Positions 1-10,009 of a stretch of DNA of 64,000 bases are shown here, piece by piece; position 1 is the stretch's first letter, and each line of letters begins with the position of its first letter. The translations under genes were made by a program, and so were the position numbers. The DNA lies in the IMG/VR virus record IMGVR_UViG_3300035491_000281; one strand, 5' to 3'. The notes beneath the pieces are model-generated. The model was not told the DNA's origin. It searched no databases and saw nothing but the letters and a program-made list of their open reading frames with translations. This DNA comes from a virus (lineage: Duplodnaviria; Caudoviricetes).

Positions 1-2
1 TA

Positions 3-74
3 CAGCTGGCGGTGGTCGAGCGTCAACTGGCGGCATACCCGTCCAGCGAGTCCAAGGCCGTAGTCCCGGCTTAA
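3..74 (+). CDS. 3' end of a gene entering from the left edge, probably another internal head protein paralog
   Basis: Open frame QLAVVERQLAAYPSSESKAVVPA* ends at TAA 72-74 and is followed by a hairpin; context is a head-protein cluster. Confidence 0.4.
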   Translation, partial: QLAVVERQLAAYPSSESKAVVPA

Positions 75-90
75 GCCTCAACGACCCCAT

Positions 91-119
91 GAGGGAGGCC
101 TTCGGGCCTCTCTCTATTT
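91..119 (+). terminator. Intrinsic terminator-like hairpin
   Basis: GAGGGAGGCC-TTCG-GGCCTCTCTC followed by TATTT. Confidence 0.6.
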
Positions 120-131
120 CGGAGGACGCTT

Positions 132-1295
132 ATGATCCGTTTATCGCAATACCTTCCGGATAGCCCGAGTGAACCGGAAGTGACTCCGTTTGAAACCGTC
201 TCTGAAGTAGGACAGCTCGCCGACCTGTTGGGCGAGGACAGCAGTCGCGCCGAACAGGTACTGCGGTTACTTGACGGCCTGGAGGACTTCGCTGAGCAGC
301 CGACTGTAGAGACGGCCGAGCCGCTACTGTTGCCGGAACTCGGCACCGAGGGCTTCAGTGAGGTGGTGGATCAGATCTGGGAGACCATCAAACGCTGGCT
401 GGCGGCTATCGCGCGCATCCTACCGAGTGAGGAAGAAACCACCTCGGTGATGGCTGGTTCGGTACTGCTACTGGCCAACAACCTCAAGGTGGAATCCCGC
501 GCTCGTATCGCCAATTCCAAACGTACCGGTAGTCTGGAAATCGGTAAGCAGGTAGGCGCACTGTCGGTGCACTACCGCCCACCGCGTGACATCGGTCAGG
601 TGATTTCCAATCTCCGGGTGCTGGAGAAGCAGCTCTCCAGTTATTACCACTACGTCCAACAGGTTCTCACCGGTGGCATTCCGCGAGTGATCGCCCGCAT
701 CAACGCCCTCGACCCGCTGACGTTGAGTCCCGAACGGCTAGCTGAGTTGACACACGAGTTGGAGCGGTTATCCCCGTTGTACCTGGAGTCGGCGTTGGGT
801 CTGCAGAAACAACCCAGCGGTCATCGGGTTGGTCCGCACCTGATAGGGAACTACAAGCTGGTGTTGGCCCCCTATACTGCCGGTGAACAGAACCTGCGGC
901 GCTTGGGTAATCTGGGATTACGGATTCAGCACTCGGAACTGACCCCGCGGAAGCTACCGGAGAGCTTCGCTATTCCCCGCTTCCCGTTGGTCACCAGCGA
1001 CCAGTGTCTGGATCAGGTGGTACGCACCGCACAGGTCCTGGCCGATGCCTTTGATTACAACAACCGCAAGCAGCGCGTCAAGACCATCGATGACTTGACG
1101 CGGGCCATCGATGGGTTTGCCAGCAAAGCCAAACGCATTCCGAACGGGAACCCCACCCAAAAGGAACAGGCCGAACAGGTGATCCGTCTGTCCCGCACAC
1201 TGGTGGATTGGATGACCAACCCGTACCGCGGGCTGGCCACTCAGGCACTGCGATCGTTGCGCGCTGCACTGAACGTCTGTCGCGCCAACGCCTAA
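132..1295 (+). CDS. Virion internal head protein (phiKZ inner-head paralog family-like), 387 aa
   Basis: GGAGG RBS; acidic N-terminal propeptide with GLE/GTE sites; helical body; adjacent to a similar paralog. Confidence 0.6.
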   Translation: MIRLSQYLPDSPSEPEVTPFETVSEVGQLADLLGEDSSRAEQVLRLLDGLEDFAEQPTVETAEPLLLPELGTEGFSEVVDQIWETIKRWLAAIARILPSEEETTSVMAGSVLLLANNLKVESRARIANSKRTGSLEIGKQVGALSVHYRPPRDIGQVISNLRVLEKQLSSYYHYVQQVLTGGIPRVIARINALDPLTLSPERLAELTHELERLSPLYLESALGLQKQPSGHRVGPHLIGNYKLVLAPYTAGEQNLRRLGNLGLRIQHSELTPRKLPESFAIPRFPLVTSDQCLDQVVRTAQVLADAFDYNNRKQRVKTIDDLTRAIDGFASKAKRIPNGNPTQKEQAEQVIRLSRTLVDWMTNPYRGLATQALRSLRAALNVCRANA

Positions 1296-1375
1296 ACTCA
1301 GCGTACCGCTTATTGGTATGAGCGGTAACGCTTTGCGATCGCAATCCTTTTCGTTAACTCCATGGAGTAAAACAG

Positions 1376-2746
1376 ATGAGTCTGTTGAAGCAATACCTGT
1401 CGCTGGAAAGCGCAGCCGAAGTCGAAGTCGAGATCAAAGAAGACGGCGGCGTCGTGGTCGAGATCGAAGTGCCCGAAGTGCAGCCGGTTTCCGAAGACGA
1501 AGTCTACGAAGCCGAAGAAACCCTGGACAATACTGCCGCCATCGGCGCTGCCGAGCAGGCCGCTATCGCTGAGGCGGACCAGGTCGCCGAAGAACTGGAC
1601 GACCGTAGCGCTGCCCTGGAAAACTTCTGCGAGATCCTGAGCCACGGCATCGAGCACGGTCAGTATTCCCCGCAGTTCGCCGCCCTGGTCTCGACCGGCC
1701 TGGAAGAATACAGCGCCCTCTTTGGTGAACCTCAAGTGGTGGCGTCGCTGGAAAACTACGGGCACGAAAACCTGGAAGAGTTCTACAAGCTGGCGCTGGA
1801 GGACTTCACCGAGAAGCTCTACAAGCTCAAAGGTGCGGTCGACCGCGCTTCCGTCTCGCCATTCCTGGCCCTGGCCAACAAGGCCCGTTCCGCTACTCGG
1901 TCGGCCTCTGCGATTGCGGTGCGTAAGAAGGCCGACGCCCTGCTGGAAAAGCTGGCGCAGGCTTCTGGTGCCAAAGCCAGTGAAGTCAGCCTGAAGGGTC
2001 TGAAGGCTAAGCTCGCCGTGAAAGGCGCGGTACCGAGCAACCTGCTCCAGGCAGTGAAGAACGACCAGCGTGCCGTCCAGGAGCTGCTGGACACCTACGC
2101 CACTGCTGGTCTGAAGTACAACGACGAACTGGCGAAGACGCTCGACAGTGCGGTCAAGAAAGTCCGCGCCAAGGATAAGGATGGCGCCGTTGCTGAAATC
2201 AACGCGTTCGCCAAGAAGCCCCGCCCTGAGGACAAACTCTCGGCCGGTATCCGCGATGGCTCCGCCCTGCTCGGTAACGTGGCGCTGAAATTCGACGCGG
2301 CAGCTAAGGTCGAAGACGGTAAGGGTCTGTTCAAGGCCGAAGCCAAGCGCGGCGCACCCAAGCTCAAGAGCCTGGGTGGCGACATCGGCGGCAGCGATAG
2401 CATCGAGCTGAGCCTGGCTGATATCAAGGCCCTGCTGGTGGCGGCTAAGGCGTACTCGGTACTGATCGAGAAAGCCAACGGTAGCATCACCAACGCTACC
2501 AAAGGTATCACCTACAAGTCGACCGCCGAAAAGGCCTACGCTAACCACGAAGGTGATTTCTCGTTCAAGATCTTCAAGACCGCTGAGATTCAGGATCTGA
2601 ACGCGTTCTGGCGGGCGTACCCGTCGGCGCTGACCAGCCTGATCTCCGACAGCTTCGGTCATGCCACCGACAGCGCCAAGGCGCTGCTGGCTCTGGCTGA
2701 GCGCGCGATCGGAAAACTCGGTAAGAGCGAGAAGAAAGACGACTGA
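1376..2746 (+). CDS. Internal head protein, protease-processed, 456 aa
   Basis: GGAG RBS; N-terminus MSLLKQYLSLES; very acidic propeptide with SLE/ALE/GLE motifs matching the phiKZ S/A/G-x-E cleavage rule; strong GC3 codon bias typical of abundant proteins. Confidence 0.75.
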   Translation: MSLLKQYLSLESAAEVEVEIKEDGGVVVEIEVPEVQPVSEDEVYEAEETLDNTAAIGAAEQAAIAEADQVAEELDDRSAALENFCEILSHGIEHGQYSPQFAALVSTGLEEYSALFGEPQVVASLENYGHENLEEFYKLALEDFTEKLYKLKGAVDRASVSPFLALANKARSATRSASAIAVRKKADALLEKLAQASGAKASEVSLKGLKAKLAVKGAVPSNLLQAVKNDQRAVQELLDTYATAGLKYNDELAKTLDSAVKKVRAKDKDGAVAEINAFAKKPRPEDKLSAGIRDGSALLGNVALKFDAAAKVEDGKGLFKAEAKRGAPKLKSLGGDIGGSDSIELSLADIKALLVAAKAYSVLIEKANGSITNATKGITYKSTAEKAYANHEGDFSFKIFKTAEIQDLNAFWRAYPSALTSLISDSFGHATDSAKALLALAERAIGKLGKSEKKDD

Positions 2747-2766
2747 TCCTCGGTCTCTTTCGGAAT

Positions 2767-2795
2767 AAAAAAAGCCTCCTTCGGGAGGCTTTTTT
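2767..2795. terminator. Bidirectional intrinsic terminator
   Basis: AAAAAAA-GCCTCC-TTCG-GGAGGC-TTTTTT. Confidence 0.85.
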
Positions 2796-2856
2796 GCCGT
2801 TGCGTCCCGGCCTGGCCGATCTTATGATCTTCTTCAGACCCATAAAGGGGTTTCTC

Positions 2857-4557
2857 ATGCCACATGCCCTTCTTGCCCTACCCGACGTGTATGAGTCGGT
2901 TACCCGCCGTGTGGCGGTGGATGTCACTAAGCAGCTGGCCCGATTGATGCGTCTGCCCGGCGACACCACGGTCTATCTGCCTGGCAACAGCGAGACCGTG
3001 CCGATGAATGGCGGTACCTTTGGCGATTGCTACGACCCCAAGGTCAAGTATCCTGCCGAAGCTCATCTGACGGTGCGCTACAACGAAGAACTCGAAGAGC
3101 AGCACACCCTAGTCACTCCAGTTCACAACCAGGAGCATTTTCCGCTGTTTCATGACGAACACCGCGACATCGTGATGCGCCCGGTATACCGCTACGTGGC
3201 CCTGACTGTTACGCTGGAATACAATGCCCCCAGCATCGTCTTGGTGCAGCGGTGGTTGGATGAGATGCGCACCCGCATCTCCATGGGCCGGGCGGAGCTG
3301 TACCAGGATCTGGAATACCACTTCGGTCTCCCGCCGGTGGCCTTGGAGATACTGCGGCACCTGCACACCACCCGCGAGAGCTCGACCAGTCCGACCGGTG
3401 AGAGTTTTGAGGACTATCTCAAGGCGCACTTGAAGGTGCCGGTCAAGACCATCACCTCACTGGCCGATACCGGCGCCACTTTGGTCTTCCCGGAACATCA
3501 GTACGAGGTCTTGGGTTGGTTCGATTTTACCACCAGTCCGAACAACCCGGACAAGGAAGAGGCGGGGAACTACAAAGCCACTGTCACCTACACCTTACGT
3601 TACAACCGCCCCATGCAAGTGTACCTGCGCTACCCCTACCTGGTACACAACAAGGTCGTAGGTCGCGCCTTCCGCCCCAGTGAGCCGTACGAGACCTTTC
3701 GCAAGCACGGTCGCCGGGTCAGTACCACCAAGGGGAGTTTCGATGGCTTTCTGTCATTTCTCAAGACCCACGAAATCCCGTATATCCAATACCCGGATAC
3801 CGACGACTGGGTCCCGGACAGTGTCCCGAAAGAACGCCTGACCTTTTTCACCGGACTGTTGGCGTTGAACCCGAGTGATAAACGCGGCCTAATCGACCTG
3901 TCCAACCTTGGAGAATATACTTTCAAGCCTTACTTTTTGGAGTACTTCTACCAACAAGGTCAGCGCCTGTTCGGCACGACCAGCAGTATTTTCGAATTTC
4001 GGCTTTACGAAAACCGCGTTCAGCGTACGGATGTTCAGCTGAGCTTCAAACCCGGCACCGTCACCATCCAGACCGATCGGGATTTGGATTTGACCCGTTA
4101 CTACCACATCCAGATCTCGCTGCGGCGGAACTGGTACTCGGTAGACACCGAGACCTTACAGTGCCTGCGCCGTTATCCGACGGTGATGTATTACTGTCTG
4201 CTGGCGTTGGGGTATAAACTGGGCGAGCGGGAGTACCCGGCGCTGCGTCTGATTGGGCAGGGTGCGCCGCGACCCGCGTCTCCCCTGTGTCCGGGCGAGG
4301 GGTCTCTGATTGGTGATCCCAGCAAAGGCGGCACCTGGCCCTGGCCCTGGTTGCCGGGCGAGTGGGGCGATATCCCCTGGCAGGGCGGTGATTGGGAAAG
4401 CCCGTATCACAGCGGCGTGGTAACCACCACTGATATGCAGAAGGCCCGCGATTGGACCGACGCCCATGCCGGGGATTACATCGATCGGATTCGAGTCGGG
4501 CCGCCGACAGTCCTGTACGCGGAAATCATTGCCTTGAAACATAATGCGAGGTCTTAA
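2857..4557 (+). CDS. Putative virion structural protein, about 566 aa (start reassigned to MPHALL)
   Basis: Long ORF; AAAGGGG RBS before ATG 2857; first gene of a tightly coupled four-gene operon resembling the phiKZ structural block. Confidence 0.6.
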   Translation: MPHALLALPDVYESVTRRVAVDVTKQLARLMRLPGDTTVYLPGNSETVPMNGGTFGDCYDPKVKYPAEAHLTVRYNEELEEQHTLVTPVHNQEHFPLFHDEHRDIVMRPVYRYVALTVTLEYNAPSIVLVQRWLDEMRTRISMGRAELYQDLEYHFGLPPVALEILRHLHTTRESSTSPTGESFEDYLKAHLKVPVKTITSLADTGATLVFPEHQYEVLGWFDFTTSPNNPDKEEAGNYKATVTYTLRYNRPMQVYLRYPYLVHNKVVGRAFRPSEPYETFRKHGRRVSTTKGSFDGFLSFLKTHEIPYIQYPDTDDWVPDSVPKERLTFFTGLLALNPSDKRGLIDLSNLGEYTFKPYFLEYFYQQGQRLFGTTSSIFEFRLYENRVQRTDVQLSFKPGTVTIQTDRDLDLTRYYHIQISLRRNWYSVDTETLQCLRRYPTVMYYCLLALGYKLGEREYPALRLIGQGAPRPASPLCPGEGSLIGDPSKGGTWPWPWLPGEWGDIPWQGGDWESPYHSGVVTTTDMQKARDWTDAHAGDYIDRIRVGPPTVLYAEIIALKHNARS

Positions 4558-4559
4558 CC

Positions 4560-5963
4560 ATGGCGTTGTTTAACGAAACCGAAGAGGTGGCGCAACCCGC
4601 CCCACCGCCGACGGTCAATCCCCGTATTGAACCGGAGGTCTTTCGGGGTATCACCGTGGATACCGAATACACTCCCTCTTCCGCGTTGCTGACCTGGGTT
4701 GAGGGTTCCAATTGGACGGTGGATTATTTCTCCCAGATCCTCGGGGCCGACAGCGAACCTACCCCGCAGGCGCTGGATCGCTCGGTGACCTACCAGTCGT
4801 ACCGGCGGGTCAAGGGAATGCACCTGAAGGTGACCAGCCCGCTGGGGTTCAGTCAGGACCCCACGATCCGCACCATGGAAGTGCGCGGCAGCGGTATCAC
4901 TTATCCCTTCCTGGTCCCGAACAAAGGCGACATGTTCGTCGCCGACATCGGTGACGGCCGGGTGGGGGTGTTCACGGTCACCCTGGCCACTCGTGCCACC
5001 ATCCTGCGTGACTCGGTGTACAACGTCGAGTACGTAATGGTCTCGGAGCTGACCAACGAGCGGTTGGCAGACCTGGAACGCAAGTCGCTGGAGACCTACC
5101 ACTACTCGCATGCGTCGCTGGTGAGTGGCTGCGGACCCTTTGTCACCGCCCAGGAACTGACCCGCTCCGACCGCTATCAGACCCTGTTCCGGCAGCTGGT
5201 GCAGCGCTACCTGTCGGATTTCTTCAGTCCCGAGCACAGCACCCTGCTGGTGCCTGATCAGCTGAAGAAGACCTACGACCACTTCGCCACCAAGGCGGTC
5301 CTGCAGGTGCTGGACTCCCGTCTGGATCAGCGGATTCGCCGGATTCGGGAACTCAACGTCACGGCTGAACCGGTGATGAGTCAGCCGACCTTCTGGGATG
5401 CGCTGGTGCGGCTCGATACCAGTTTACTTTACGGCGCCACCCGCCAAGCGTTTCTGTTGTCGACCAACCACTTCAAGGGACGGCCGACGCTGCAGGCCCT
5501 GGGTTACACCGGGATTCCCCGGGTGGTGTTTCCGGAGGACGTCTCCACTGACGTCGATTCGCAGTACGACCACGATGATAGTCGTGTGATGACCGGGATT
5601 CCTTTCCGAGAAGGGCGTCCGCGCCGCCCTTTACCGGGGGCACCCCTGACCCAGGCGGAGCGGAACCTGCGTTACTTCCAGCCCACCCCGCCGCTGGACG
5701 GCGTGGACCCCTGGCGTCTACCACCGGATCTGCACCCGGTGGCGATTGACCCCTACTACGTCTTGTCGGCCGCCTTCTACAACGAAGACAAGGCCAACCA
5801 GTCGAAGTTGGAAATGCTGGTGTGGCAGGCGCTAAAGCGCGAGGCCATGAACTTGGAACAATTCGACAGTCTGCTGGAACAGGTGCTGGATTGGGATAAC
5901 CTGGAACGGTTCTATTATTACCCGATTCTATTCATCCTGCTCAAACGGGCTGGTGCGAGGTAA
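4560..5963 (+). CDS. Putative virion structural protein, 467 aa
   Basis: Starts 2 nt after the previous stop; phiKZ-like synteny; ends in LERFYYYPILFILLK. Confidence 0.6.
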   Translation: MALFNETEEVAQPAPPPTVNPRIEPEVFRGITVDTEYTPSSALLTWVEGSNWTVDYFSQILGADSEPTPQALDRSVTYQSYRRVKGMHLKVTSPLGFSQDPTIRTMEVRGSGITYPFLVPNKGDMFVADIGDGRVGVFTVTLATRATILRDSVYNVEYVMVSELTNERLADLERKSLETYHYSHASLVSGCGPFVTAQELTRSDRYQTLFRQLVQRYLSDFFSPEHSTLLVPDQLKKTYDHFATKAVLQVLDSRLDQRIRRIRELNVTAEPVMSQPTFWDALVRLDTSLLYGATRQAFLLSTNHFKGRPTLQALGYTGIPRVVFPEDVSTDVDSQYDHDDSRVMTGIPFREGRPRRPLPGAPLTQAERNLRYFQPTPPLDGVDPWRLPPDLHPVAIDPYYVLSAAFYNEDKANQSKLEMLVWQALKREAMNLEQFDSLLEQVLDWDNLERFYYYPILFILLKRAGAR

Positions 5964-5969
5964 CTCTGC

Positions 5970-6554
5970 ATGTCGCATCAAAAGGACAAGACCGCCGCGT
6001 ATCGGCTGTTTCATTACAAGTACGAGATGTACATCCCCCAGTCGTTTATGTACGGTCCCGAGTACCTGCGTAAAGTGGGGTATCATGTCAGTGGTGACGG
6101 CCGGCTCGATCGCAGTCGGTTGAACGAACCGGTCCTGATGCGACAAACCCCGGCAGCACTGGCTATCTTCTACGACGAAGGTGCCCCCATCCAATTCGCC
6201 GATCAGAAAGATGCGGTGATGGTGTATGAGGATATCCAGGAACATTTGCTCGACTGGGAACGGGTGGTCAAGCAGGGTATCCATCCGGACGATGCTCCGC
6301 CGTTGACGGAGTTCCGAATGTTCGAGGCGGTCGCCATGGCGCTTTACGAGACAGCCAAGTTCTACGAACCGGAGGAGCGCTATGGGGACGGGTTGCGTGA
6401 TCAACTCATGGCCATGAACCGTCGTCGCAATCCGGTGCGTACTGAGCGTTACCTACGCAGCAAATTGCTCGATGATCAGGGTCAGCTGAAGCCGTATGTC
6501 TCGGTGGTTGATCGGATCGAACACGAGCTTCTGGAGAATAACCCATGGCAGTAG
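5970..6554 (+). CDS. Conserved jumbo-phage hypothetical protein, 194 aa
   Basis: Coupled ORF within the operon; codon bias. Confidence 0.6.
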   Translation: MSHQKDKTAAYRLFHYKYEMYIPQSFMYGPEYLRKVGYHVSGDGRLDRSRLNEPVLMRQTPAALAIFYDEGAPIQFADQKDAVMVYEDIQEHLLDWERVVKQGIHPDDAPPLTEFRMFEAVAMALYETAKFYEPEERYGDGLRDQLMAMNRRRNPVRTERYLRSKLLDDQGQLKPYVSVVDRIEHELLENNPWQ

Positions 6555-7894
6555 ATGCAACGCGCTTAATGCGGGAGGTGGACTACATCGTCGCCCAAGG
6601 CGAAAGTGCCAGCCATGTGCGTTTGTCCTGCCGTATCCGGGCAGGGCGGGAATGGATCGACCCGCAGCTGTTGGAGCTGTCCTCGCTAGAGCGGGACTAC
6701 GAAGACGGCTACGCAGACTTGCGGGTCATCCAAGTGTTGATTGGCGCTGGTACTTACGCGTATCGACTACTGCCCAATCGCGACGAACTCTGGGTTGACC
6801 TCACCGCCACCCCTCTACATGAAAACAGCACCCGCACGCGCAGCGATCGCCCCACGGTCAGTAAGCGCTATCGGGCTGTGTTAATGGAGCAGGACAACCC
6901 CGGGTTGGTGGGGCGCACACCACAGGCCTCGTCAGAAGCCGACCTGAACCTGACCGCGCCAAAGACGGTACAGCTCCAGCTGTTGGATGAAGGGGTGCAT
7001 CAGGTACGGATGCTGACGGTCGGTCGGGTGTACCGCAACACCACCCCGCTCAATGCTCTGGCGTCGCTGTTGACCGAAACCACGCAATTGCTCAGCGTCA
7101 ACAACCAGCAGGCGATCCAGGGGGTGGAGGCCGCTCCGGGGTTTAACCAGACCCCCCGGGCGCAGATCGTTATCCCACACGGTACACCCCTGACCAAGGT
7201 GCCGACGCTCCTGCAGAACGAGGAAGGGGGGATCTACGGCACCGGACTAGGTTGTTACCTACAAGCGGGTATCTGGCACCTGTTCCCAGCGTATGACTTG
7301 CAACGGTACCGCACCACACCCAAGGTCTTGACCATCCTCAATGTCCCGCCTAACCGGTACCGCGGTGCCGAGCGGACTTATCGGGTTACGACCAATCAGG
7401 TGGTGGCAGTGGCCGCCGGCGACATGTCCAGTCTCGATGTCGGGTTGGCGACACAGCTGAACGAGGGCAATGCCCTACGCTTCAGTGACGCCCGCAAGCT
7501 CTTGTCGTTTGCCGAGACCAAGGGGAATCGCACCTTACTCAAACGGGCGGAGAACCTGTTCGAAGTGGCCGGCCCGGTACTCAAAACCGGCCTGACCAAT
7601 GCCCGCTGGGCCGCTGAACGTTCCACGGCGAACCCGTTTAAGTTCTACAGTCAGATGGCGCAGCGCAATGGTCAGTATTTGAGCGTACAATGGTTGCACG
7701 GGGATGCCGAGCTGTTATACCCGGGCATGCCGGTGAAGTTCATGACCAATGCTGATGGTAAACTGGTGACGCTGCACGGTACCCTCCTAGGGGTGCACGA
7801 GCAACGTTTGCCGGGGAATGCCGGCAGCGGTATTCAAAACTACCCCGGCATGGTCACCTTGAAACTTTTCCTGTCCCGTAACGAGGGACTTTAG
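6545..7894 (+). CDS. Putative virion structural (tail/baseplate) protein, 449 aa
   Basis: Overlaps the previous gene by 10 nt; ends at a terminator; synteny with the phiKZ structural block. Confidence 0.55.
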   Translation: MAVDATRLMREVDYIVAQGESASHVRLSCRIRAGREWIDPQLLELSSLERDYEDGYADLRVIQVLIGAGTYAYRLLPNRDELWVDLTATPLHENSTRTRSDRPTVSKRYRAVLMEQDNPGLVGRTPQASSEADLNLTAPKTVQLQLLDEGVHQVRMLTVGRVYRNTTPLNALASLLTETTQLLSVNNQQAIQGVEAAPGFNQTPRAQIVIPHGTPLTKVPTLLQNEEGGIYGTGLGCYLQAGIWHLFPAYDLQRYRTTPKVLTILNVPPNRYRGAERTYRVTTNQVVAVAAGDMSSLDVGLATQLNEGNALRFSDARKLLSFAETKGNRTLLKRAENLFEVAGPVLKTGLTNARWAAERSTANPFKFYSQMAQRNGQYLSVQWLHGDAELLYPGMPVKFMTNADGKLVTLHGTLLGVHEQRLPGNAGSGIQNYPGMVTLKLFLSRNEGL

Positions 7895-7897
7895 TCA

Positions 7898-7927
7898 TCG
7901 ACCGCCTTCGGGCGGTCGGTCTATTTT
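7898..7927 (+). terminator. Intrinsic terminator-like hairpin
   Basis: TCGACCGCC-TTCG-GGCGGTCGG then TCTATTTT. Confidence 0.7.
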
Positions 7928-7940
7928 GACGTGAGGGTTG

Positions 7941-8336
7941 ATGCGTTACTTCATTGCGATAGACCGCCGCTGGGCGGGGACATTAATGAATGGGCTGGAT
8001 GAGTACTTCGGCGTGGACAGCGAAGGTCTGTTCCACATGTATGAAACCACCTGTTACTATCTGTATTGGCGCTCACACTGCGATTGGACCGGTCGCCCTG
8101 GCAACATGGATCTGATCGTCGATGAGCTGCTTTATGCGGCCGATCTACATCCGGTACCGCGCCACTTGTTGGTGACGCCCTGGGAAACCCTTTATCGCCA
8201 CATGCAGGCCTGCTTAGCCACCATTCGCAACCATCGTCCAATTGCCGCTATTGAACCGCATACCGACGAGCACTGTAATTTGATCGGATTCGTAATCACC
8301 GTAGTTATGGAAAAAACGGCGATCGCAGCGTATTAG
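7941..8336 (+). CDS. Hypothetical protein, about 131 aa
   Basis: GAGGG RBS before ATG; fills the gap between the terminator and the early promoter. Confidence 0.55.
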   Translation: MRYFIAIDRRWAGTLMNGLDEYFGVDSEGLFHMYETTCYYLYWRSHCDWTGRPGNMDLIVDELLYAADLHPVPRHLLVTPWETLYRHMQACLATIRNHRPIAAIEPHTDEHCNLIGFVITVVMEKTAIAAY

Positions 8337-8358
8337 AGATCTATATAACCCCGGTGAA
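8331..8358 (+). promoter_or_regulatory. Phage early (virion-RNAP type) promoter
   Basis: TATTA-N6-TATATAAC-N5-TGAA; same spacing as copies at 9595, 10010 and 25560; resembles the phiKZ early TATATTAC core. Confidence 0.7.
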
Positions 8359-8386
8359 GCCACTGGAAAGCAACCCCGAGGAGCCT

Positions 8387-8488
8387 ATGCCCAAACCCCA
8401 AAACACGCCCCCCTGGATCGATGAACGCCACCTGCTGGTGGTGTTTCTGATTGGCTTGGGGATCACCTTGTACTTTAATGGCCCTTAG
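8387..8488 (+). CDS. Micro membrane protein, 33 aa (not in ORF track)
   Basis: GAGGAG RBS; MPKPQNTPPWIDERHLLVVFLIGLGITLYFNGP*, one hydrophobic helix. Confidence 0.6.
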   Translation: MPKPQNTPPWIDERHLLVVFLIGLGITLYFNGP

Positions 8489-8505
8489 TGGTCAAGGAGG
8501 TCAGT

Positions 8506-8916
8506 ATGGCCACCTTCTTCGCTCTGGTCTTTGTCTTTACGGTTATCGCCCTGGGTATGAATGCCCTGGTGGAGACTGTGCGCGGTAAGGTCACCCCAGA
8601 GCGCCCCGAGAAACCGCCCGCCAAAACACCGGCCGACATCGCGGTGTTCATTCGAGCAATGAGTAACGAAGGTTACTTTGGTCAGCGCAAGCTCGATGAC
8701 CGTGAGATCACTTACCTGGATGACCCGGTGTTGTCGGCAATGGCCCTAAAACTGGCTGAGCGCTACGAACTGGAGTGGACCCTACCCAACTACCGCCTAC
8801 GGCTTAGAAAGACGCCTGAGGCGGCGCCAGCGGCCTTCAGGGCCAGTTACGAATGGGTCATCATGACCCCAACCCATGCGGTGGGTTTTAACCACCCGGT
8901 GACGCCCACCTCTTAA
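8506..8916 (+). CDS. N-terminally membrane-anchored hypothetical protein, 136 aa
   Basis: AAGGAGG RBS; MATFFALVFVFTVIALGMNALV hydrophobic N-terminus. Confidence 0.7.
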   Translation: MATFFALVFVFTVIALGMNALVETVRGKVTPERPEKPPAKTPADIAVFIRAMSNEGYFGQRKLDDREITYLDDPVLSAMALKLAERYELEWTLPNYRLRLRKTPEAAPAAFRASYEWVIMTPTHAVGFNHPVTPTS

Positions 8917-8960
8917 CTCAATCTCCATACAAACCGAAAGAACCAATAAGGAGAACACCC

Positions 8961-9590
8961 ATGACTTTGATCGTCATTGATCAATTTCGCACCACCGCAG
9001 ACAGTTACGCCACCGTGACCGAGACCGACGGCACCGTTCGGGTCGAGGAACACTTCCCGAAAATCTTCAAACTCACCGGACCGGTGGTGTTCGGGTTCGG
9101 CGAACTGGAATCCTTTTACACTCTGGCATTCTGTGGCGATGCCCACAGCTTTTATGCCTTCTACCAAGCCTTCCAGCCCCTGCTACTGAAGCAGGGGCGT
9201 ATGACGGCAAGCACGCTGTTGGAACTGGCGGAGGGTATTGAGGGTAATCGTTGCATGGTGATCGTGCCGTTCGAGAACGCGGTGCTGACCACGACCTTCG
9301 GTGGTGGTCTGCCGGTGGAACAACATTACCATGAAGGGAGCGTGTTCGCCTTTGGTAGTGCTTACCTACCCGACCCATTCCTGCCGGTGGAGACCCGGGC
9401 GTGGTTCAGTATCTTTCAGGACGCAGTCACCACCGACCGCCTTCCTGGGAATGACCTGCATTTCCTGGCGCATAATCGGGAGGTCCTACCGGCGGAAGCA
9501 ACTCGGGATACCCTGTTGCCCTCGCCCCGCCGTCTGACGTTGTTCCAGCGGTTGGGGCGTGCACGCCGCACCCCGAAAAACGACGATTGA
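8961..9590 (+). CDS. Ntn-hydrolase, HslV/proteasome-beta-like protein, 209 aa
   Basis: AAGGAG RBS; M-T1...ADS...K33-I and a later FAFGSA resembling the AxGSG motif. Confidence 0.55.
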   Translation: MTLIVIDQFRTTADSYATVTETDGTVRVEEHFPKIFKLTGPVVFGFGELESFYTLAFCGDAHSFYAFYQAFQPLLLKQGRMTASTLLELAEGIEGNRCMVIVPFENAVLTTTFGGGLPVEQHYHEGSVFAFGSAYLPDPFLPVETRAWFSIFQDAVTTDRLPGNDLHFLAHNREVLPAEATRDTLLPSPRRLTLFQRLGRARRTPKNDD

Positions 9591-9594
9591 AAGA

Positions 9595-9622
9595 AATTTG
9601 AAACCCATATCACCCGCATGAA
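9595..9622 (+). promoter_or_regulatory. Phage early promoter
   Basis: AATTT-GAAACC-CATATCAC-CCGCA-TGAA. Confidence 0.7.
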
Positions 9623-9657
9623 CTAACCCACCCTGTAACACCGTAGGAGGTAACACC

Positions 9658-10005
9658 ATGGTCCTTTTGAACATTGCTGCCCGCGCTATCGTTGGCTATG
9701 CTGTTGGTCACGTCATTGGCGAGGTCGCCGGGCGCGCCGCGGTTAAAGTAAAAACCAAACTCGCCACCGCCCGCCGGCAGCAGCTGGTACGCAAGTATGT
9801 CGATGAGCACAACAGCTGCGTGAGCCTGCTGTCGCAGTTCGATGACAAGCTGTCCCATGACGTGATCGCCGAACGTGCCCACCGCCACGCCCTGCTGCGC
9901 GCCCACGAAGGCGGCTTGGATTTCCAAGGTATCGCTCAGCTTAAGAGTATCCTGCTGGCCGCCCAGAACTCCACTGTCGCTCCTCAGCCTGAAACTGCTG
10001 ATTGA
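9658..10005 (+). CDS. Hypothetical early protein, 115 aa
   Basis: AGGAGG RBS; N-terminal Gly/Ala-rich amphipathic segment. Confidence 0.7.
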   Translation: MVLLNIAARAIVGYAVGHVIGEVAGRAAVKVKTKLATARRQQLVRKYVDEHNSCVSLLSQFDDKLSHDVIAERAHRHALLRAHEGGLDFQGIAQLKSILLAAQNSTVAPQPETAD

Positions 10006-10009
10006 ACCA

